Notes under the pieces: generated by a model | Database searches by the model: none | Seen by the model: the letters and a program-made list of their open reading frames with translations, nothing else | Told to the model about the DNA's origin: nothing | Shown: positions 59,671 through 64,000 of the stretch, piece after piece | How the letters are laid out: every line of letters begins with the position of its first letter | How positions within the stretch are numbered: position 1 is the first letter of the stretch | Made by a program: the position numbers and the translations under genes | Origin: Octopus sinensis | Taxonomy: Eukaryota | Reading direction: 5' to 3' | NCBI RefSeq assembly: GCF_006345805.1 | Contig: NC_043004.1 | Span: 46,252,001-46,316,000 of the forward strand | DNA length: 64,000 bases

Positions 59671-60039
59671 CATTTTTAAATAGGGAAAAGTGCCTCATTG
59701 GGAAAAAATATAAAGCAAACTCTAACCTCTTCCAACATTCTATTCTATCTTAACCAAATCCTGTTAAATTAATAAAACCTAGTCATTCCGAACATTTCTG
59801 ATTATCTCCCTTATACCGAAAAAAATGCATGATTACCTTCCCCTGTCTGGAACTCTCATACTTCAAATCATAGCAAAGAGATGACACAAAATCGGTAAAG
59901 AATTTGTGAAATTTGAAAAGAAAATACGAAACCGGTTATTTCTCCCAAAATAATGTTACTATACACAAATTTTCTAACATTTTTCTAACATGACGATTCA
60001 AATATATTCAGTACGTGCTTTCACATACCAACCCTCTCA

Positions 60040-60080
<41 letters not shown>

Positions 60081-60219
60081 ATGTATCTCTCTGTATATCA
60101 ATCTATCGATCGCTTGATCTGTGTATCTCTCTATCAATGTATGATGAATGCTGTCCACTCGTGACCGAGGAAAACCATTGCTGACTTTCAGGAACATTGC
60201 GTGCTCTATGACTAACTTA

Positions 60220-60980
60220 TATTTTGCATTTGCAGCTCCGTTGGTGGCTAATGAGCCCTATTCTTGGCAAGCATACACGAATTCAAACATTGCAAACCAA
60301 GCTTTCCCCGTTCACTACACCAGCTGTACGCTTTCGAGCAGCACATTTAAATTCTTCATGAAGAATAAGTGCTCTCTCAAAAGTGTCGACCATATCCTCA
60401 ACCTACTTCTTCCATCTGTGTCGATGACAGACAGTGCTCTCCCAGTCAGTCTCATGCATATCACAAGCCTTTAATCAAGACTAAACACAGTCCTTAAATC
60501 ACATCCGGGGTCTCTTTCCATTCACAAGTTTCCCATATAGCATCTGCTTAGGGATCCTCCTATCCTTCACTATAATAAAGTGTCCAGTCCAACGTAACCA
60601 GTGCTTGTGCATCATCGCCTCAATACTCAAGATACCAACTATCCTCAGGACCTGTGTGTCTGGGGTTTTTAAGGTCCAGTCAACTTTCAGAATGTGTCTG
60701 AGGCGTCTCTGATGAAATCGTTCAAAGACACCTACATGACGTTTATAAAGGGTCCATGCCTCATATGCGTAAAAGAGCGATATCAGTACACATGCGCGGT
60801 ACAGAACATTAGCCCGGACAAGACTGTTATAATGCTGCAGCCTGCACCGAGAAATTCATATGTGGAACCAGCTATCTTGGTTGAGGGAACAAATCTGAAA
60901 GAGGTAGACAAGTTTGTCTTTGTGGGCAGCACACTCAGCCGTTCTTGCTCCTTGAATGATGAAATATCTTTCAGGCTGTA
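60220..60980 (-). pseudogene. RTE LINE 3' part (minus, 60220-60803) with an inverted upstream RT segment (plus, 60805-60980)
   Basis: Minus: YRACVLISLFYAYEAW...FHQRRLRHIL, LRWTGH, C-terminal C..C...IGLISHQRSC. Plus: NISPDKTVIMLQP...VDKFVFVGSTLS...DEISFRL. Confidence 0.8.
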
Positions 60981-60982
60981 GA

Positions 60983-62130
60983 GACTGTGGAAAGCTGCTG
61001 CAGTGGATAAAGTGTTTCCTAACGAACAGAACGCAACGTATTGTGTTTGAGGGAATCCGATCCAGCTCAGCCAAAGTCAGTAGTGGTGTTCCACAAGGTA
61101 CTGTGTTCTGCCCACTCCTCTTCATTATCTACAACAACGACATAAAAGACGTCATCAAACATTCTACATTGAAAATCGTTGCATGTGATTTCAAACTCCA
61201 GAAAGCCATAAACGGTATTGGAGACCGAACTTACCTTTCGTTGGATCTGTTTGCTGTTGTCCAATAGCGGAAGAAATATGCTTCTAAATGAAGATAATTT
61301 TATTCTGATCCACTTTGGAAAAGAGGATACTCTGAAACTACCATGTGCCCTTCACTCGGGTGACTCCGTAGTGTCATCCAACAACACCTGAGGCCATGGA
61401 GTAATTGTTGATAACAATCTAAGCTGCAGTTACAGCATAAGCAGTAAGGTTGACTTGGCCCGCAAGATGTGCTCCTGGATTCCGAGAACTTTCCGGTCTA
61501 GAGACGCCCACACAATCATCGTTATCTACTCTACTTTTGCCCGGCCCTTCCTTGAATATTGTTGCCCACATTGGTCATCCCATACGAAACAACTCATTTC
61601 GAAAGTGGAAGCATTCTAGAGGTCAATAAAAAGAAAGATATATGGCATGGAAGGCATTTTCATTTAGGTTCGTCTAAAAAACTCAATCTCTACTCTTTCC
61701 AACACCGCCGGGAGCGCTAATTAATTTCTGTGATGTTAAAAATAATCCATCAATATTGCACAAATGATGTTGGCATCAATTTTAAAATCTACTCAAGACT
61801 TGGTGCCCGTGCTCTACGCCCACTACAAACTGGAACTCAGGACACATAAAAATTTACTTCAAAACTACTTTACCCCAACCGGTCCAGCTCTCTTTAATAC
61901 CATCCCAAAGAACGTCAAAATGGAAACAGGTCCTATAAAATTCAAAGGTTCACTTGACAAATTTCTTTAAAAAATCCCGGACCAACCTCATACTCCCGGT
62001 CATGTCTCAAACAATAATAACTCTTTGCTAGAGTGGGCCATGATCCCCATATATGACTAAAGGACTTCACCGGGTGGTACTATTAATTTAAACATGGCGT
62101 GGGCCTATACTGGCCGAAACCTATATCAAA
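60983..62130 (+). pseudogene. CR1/Jockey-group LINE, 5'-truncated RT and 3' end
   Basis: GKLLQWIKCFLTNRTQRIV, SGVPQGTVFCPLLFIIY, ARPFLEYCCPHWS, GPALFNTIP. Confidence 0.85.
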
Positions 62131-62137
62131 GTTATAT

Positions 62138-62203
<66 letters not shown>

Positions 62204-62991
62204 GTATGTATGTATGTACATATGTATGTATGTATTAACGTTTCTAGTAGTTACTGGTAATTTAATATTATAGCTTGTAGTGGTGATATATTAATGAGTA
62301 TGTGCTGTTTTATTAATAACTTTTGAATGATGAAATAATGTATTTCACTCATAATTATTATGTTGTGAGTTAAATTAATTTCAATCATGTTTGTTTTGTT
62401 TTAGAGATACTTATATAAAGCTTTAACTTTTATTATAGCAGTAACTATGGAAGACTGGTTGGATTGTCATATGTATGGATTTAAAGATTGGTCGCGATTT
62501 AGCATGCAATTTAGTTATTGCAGCTTGCTATTAATACCGATACAATGTACATTGGTTTATATGTTTCTGTTGCAGTTTTATTAAAGTTAGTGTTAAATCC
62601 TGTCAAAAAATTGATTGATTGAATGAATGTGGTTACTAAGCTTTCATTTTTATACTACACTATGGAAGATTGTTGGTATTATAATTTTTGCATGCTTAAA
62701 ACATTGGTCGCTGTTTCGTTTCGAAATGAGGAGTTGGTTGTAATTTACAATTTGGATTTATTTACCGATACGGTTTTACAAAGGGTAAATGTGTTTGAAA
62801 GTTGTGTTTTCTTTGGTTTCTTTGTTCCCAAACAAAACTTATTTTAGTGATGTTGACACCCCCGGATTGAATGGTACTGTCCATGTATCGAAACCATGAT
62901 GATATCCGTGGGGCAGCTGATGATGGAAGTATGTTGAGTTGTTGGTGTGGCTGTTTCTGTATATGTGGAATAGTGTTATAACACATCCTTT

Positions 62992-63030
<39 letters not shown>

Positions 63031-63177
63031 TACATACATATATATATATATATACATACAATTTAGGAGTGACCCCAACAGGTCACTCGTCCACCAGAAA
63101 GAGCAGCCATAACTCACACCGCCAAGTATTATTAATTCAGAAATTAGGTGAAAATTTAAAAACATTTACCCTAATTC

Positions 63178-63280
63178 ATCTTTTAGACGTTGCAACGTTT
63201 CTGTGTCATTAATGATTAAATTAGCTTAATTAAATTAAATTAAGCCAATCTACCATAGGTTACACTTCATCAGTAAAGAC
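63178..63280 (-). ncRNA. Type I hammerhead ribozyme motif, unit 1 (predicted)
   Basis: Minus strand: gtcttta CTGATGA a gtgt [about 55-nt insert] acac a GAA ACGT tgca ACGT C taaaagat. Predicted cleavage after GUC at 63186|63185. Confidence 0.75.
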
Positions 63281-63650
63281 CTGGGAGAGACAAATATACA
63301 CGAGGCGTCTGTATCGAAGCCTACGGGATATCTGACTTAAAATTTTCAAGACTGACGTATTCGCGCCAAACTTATCAACAGTAAATATAAACTGCCGATT
63401 CAATCTCAGAATTATTCAGAAAATTATCAATTAGTCAATTTAGGGTAGCAAAAAAATTCAATAGAAATTTATCGCAACCAGCGGCCTGGTGAAAAAGAGA
63501 AAATAGTCATCGACTAAATATATAAATATAACGATTTAGGAGTGACCCCAACAGGTCACTCGTCCACCAGAAAGAGCAGCCATAACTCACACTGCCAAGT
63601 ATTATTAATTCAGAAATTAGGTGAAAATTTAAAAACATTTACCCTAATTC

Positions 63651-63753
63651 ATCTTTTAGACGTTGCAACGTTTCTGTGTCATTAATGATTAAATTAGCTT
63701 AATTAAATTAAATTAAGCCAATCTACCATAGGTTACACTTCATCAGTAAAGAC
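63651..63753 (-). ncRNA. Type I hammerhead ribozyme motif, unit 2 (predicted)
   Basis: Identical to unit 1 shifted by 473; predicted cleavage at 63659|63658. Confidence 0.75.
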
Positions 63754-64000
63754 CTGGGAGAGACAAATATACACGAGGCGTCTGTATCGAAGCCTACGGA
63801 TATCTGACTTAAAATTTTCAAGACTGACGTATTCGCGCCAAACTTATCAACAGTAAATATAAACTGCCGATTCAATCTCAGAATTATTCAGAAAATTATC
63901 AATTAGTCAATTTAGGGTAGCAAAAAAATTCAATAGAAATTTATCGCAACCAGCGGCCTGGTGAAAAAGAGAAAATAGTCATCGACTAAATATATAAATA

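Larger units (their letters stand above)
63061..64000 (-). repeat. 473-bp tandem repeat (about 2 units visible, runs off the window), one hammerhead motif per unit
   Basis: atttaggagtgaccccaacagg starts at 63061 and 63534. I see only 1 substitution and one 1-bp indel between the units. Confidence 0.95.

Noticed and set aside
60705-60730. ctgatga motif
   Set aside because: It is the antisense of RTE codons FHQR and has no matching GAAA or stems.
62885-62940. gaaac...ctgatga as a hammerhead
   Set aside because: Stems I-III cannot be paired adjacent to the core and there is no UH cleavage triplet in register.
63061-64000. CRISPR array or prokaryotic element
   Set aside because: Whole 473-bp units repeat with no unique spacers and no cas genes; the context is eukaryotic.

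Overview
Eukaryotic, AT-rich, microsatellite-saturated genomic DNA. The SINE families and repeat landscape suggest an octopod cephalopod, but that is inference. No host protein-coding gene, rRNA, true tRNA or CRISPR array can be supported. The window is a mosaic of transposable elements: a near full-length Tx1/L1-clade LINE embedded in an (ATCT)n tract (5.3-11.35 kb), a Neptune-type Penelope-like element (PLE) with RT and GIY-YIG domains (43.1-45.8 kb, minus), further PLE remnants, RTE, R4/Dong-like and CR1-like LINE fragments, two mariner relics, two non-autonomous Helitrons, several palindromic MITE-like elements and at least three tRNA-derived SINE families. The most interesting signals are: (1) a near-identical 473-bp tandem repeat at the right edge in which every unit carries a minus-strand type I hammerhead ribozyme motif (retrozyme or ribozyme-satellite-like); (2) additional minimal or variant hammerhead motifs attached to PLE termini; (3) a 661-bp fold-back inverted duplication inserted into a mariner transposase; (4) apparent (ATCT)n targeting of the Tx1 LINE and a 3' tail it shares with one SINE family. 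All ribozyme calls are from manual base-pairing and are untested. Most coordinates of degraded elements are approximate.
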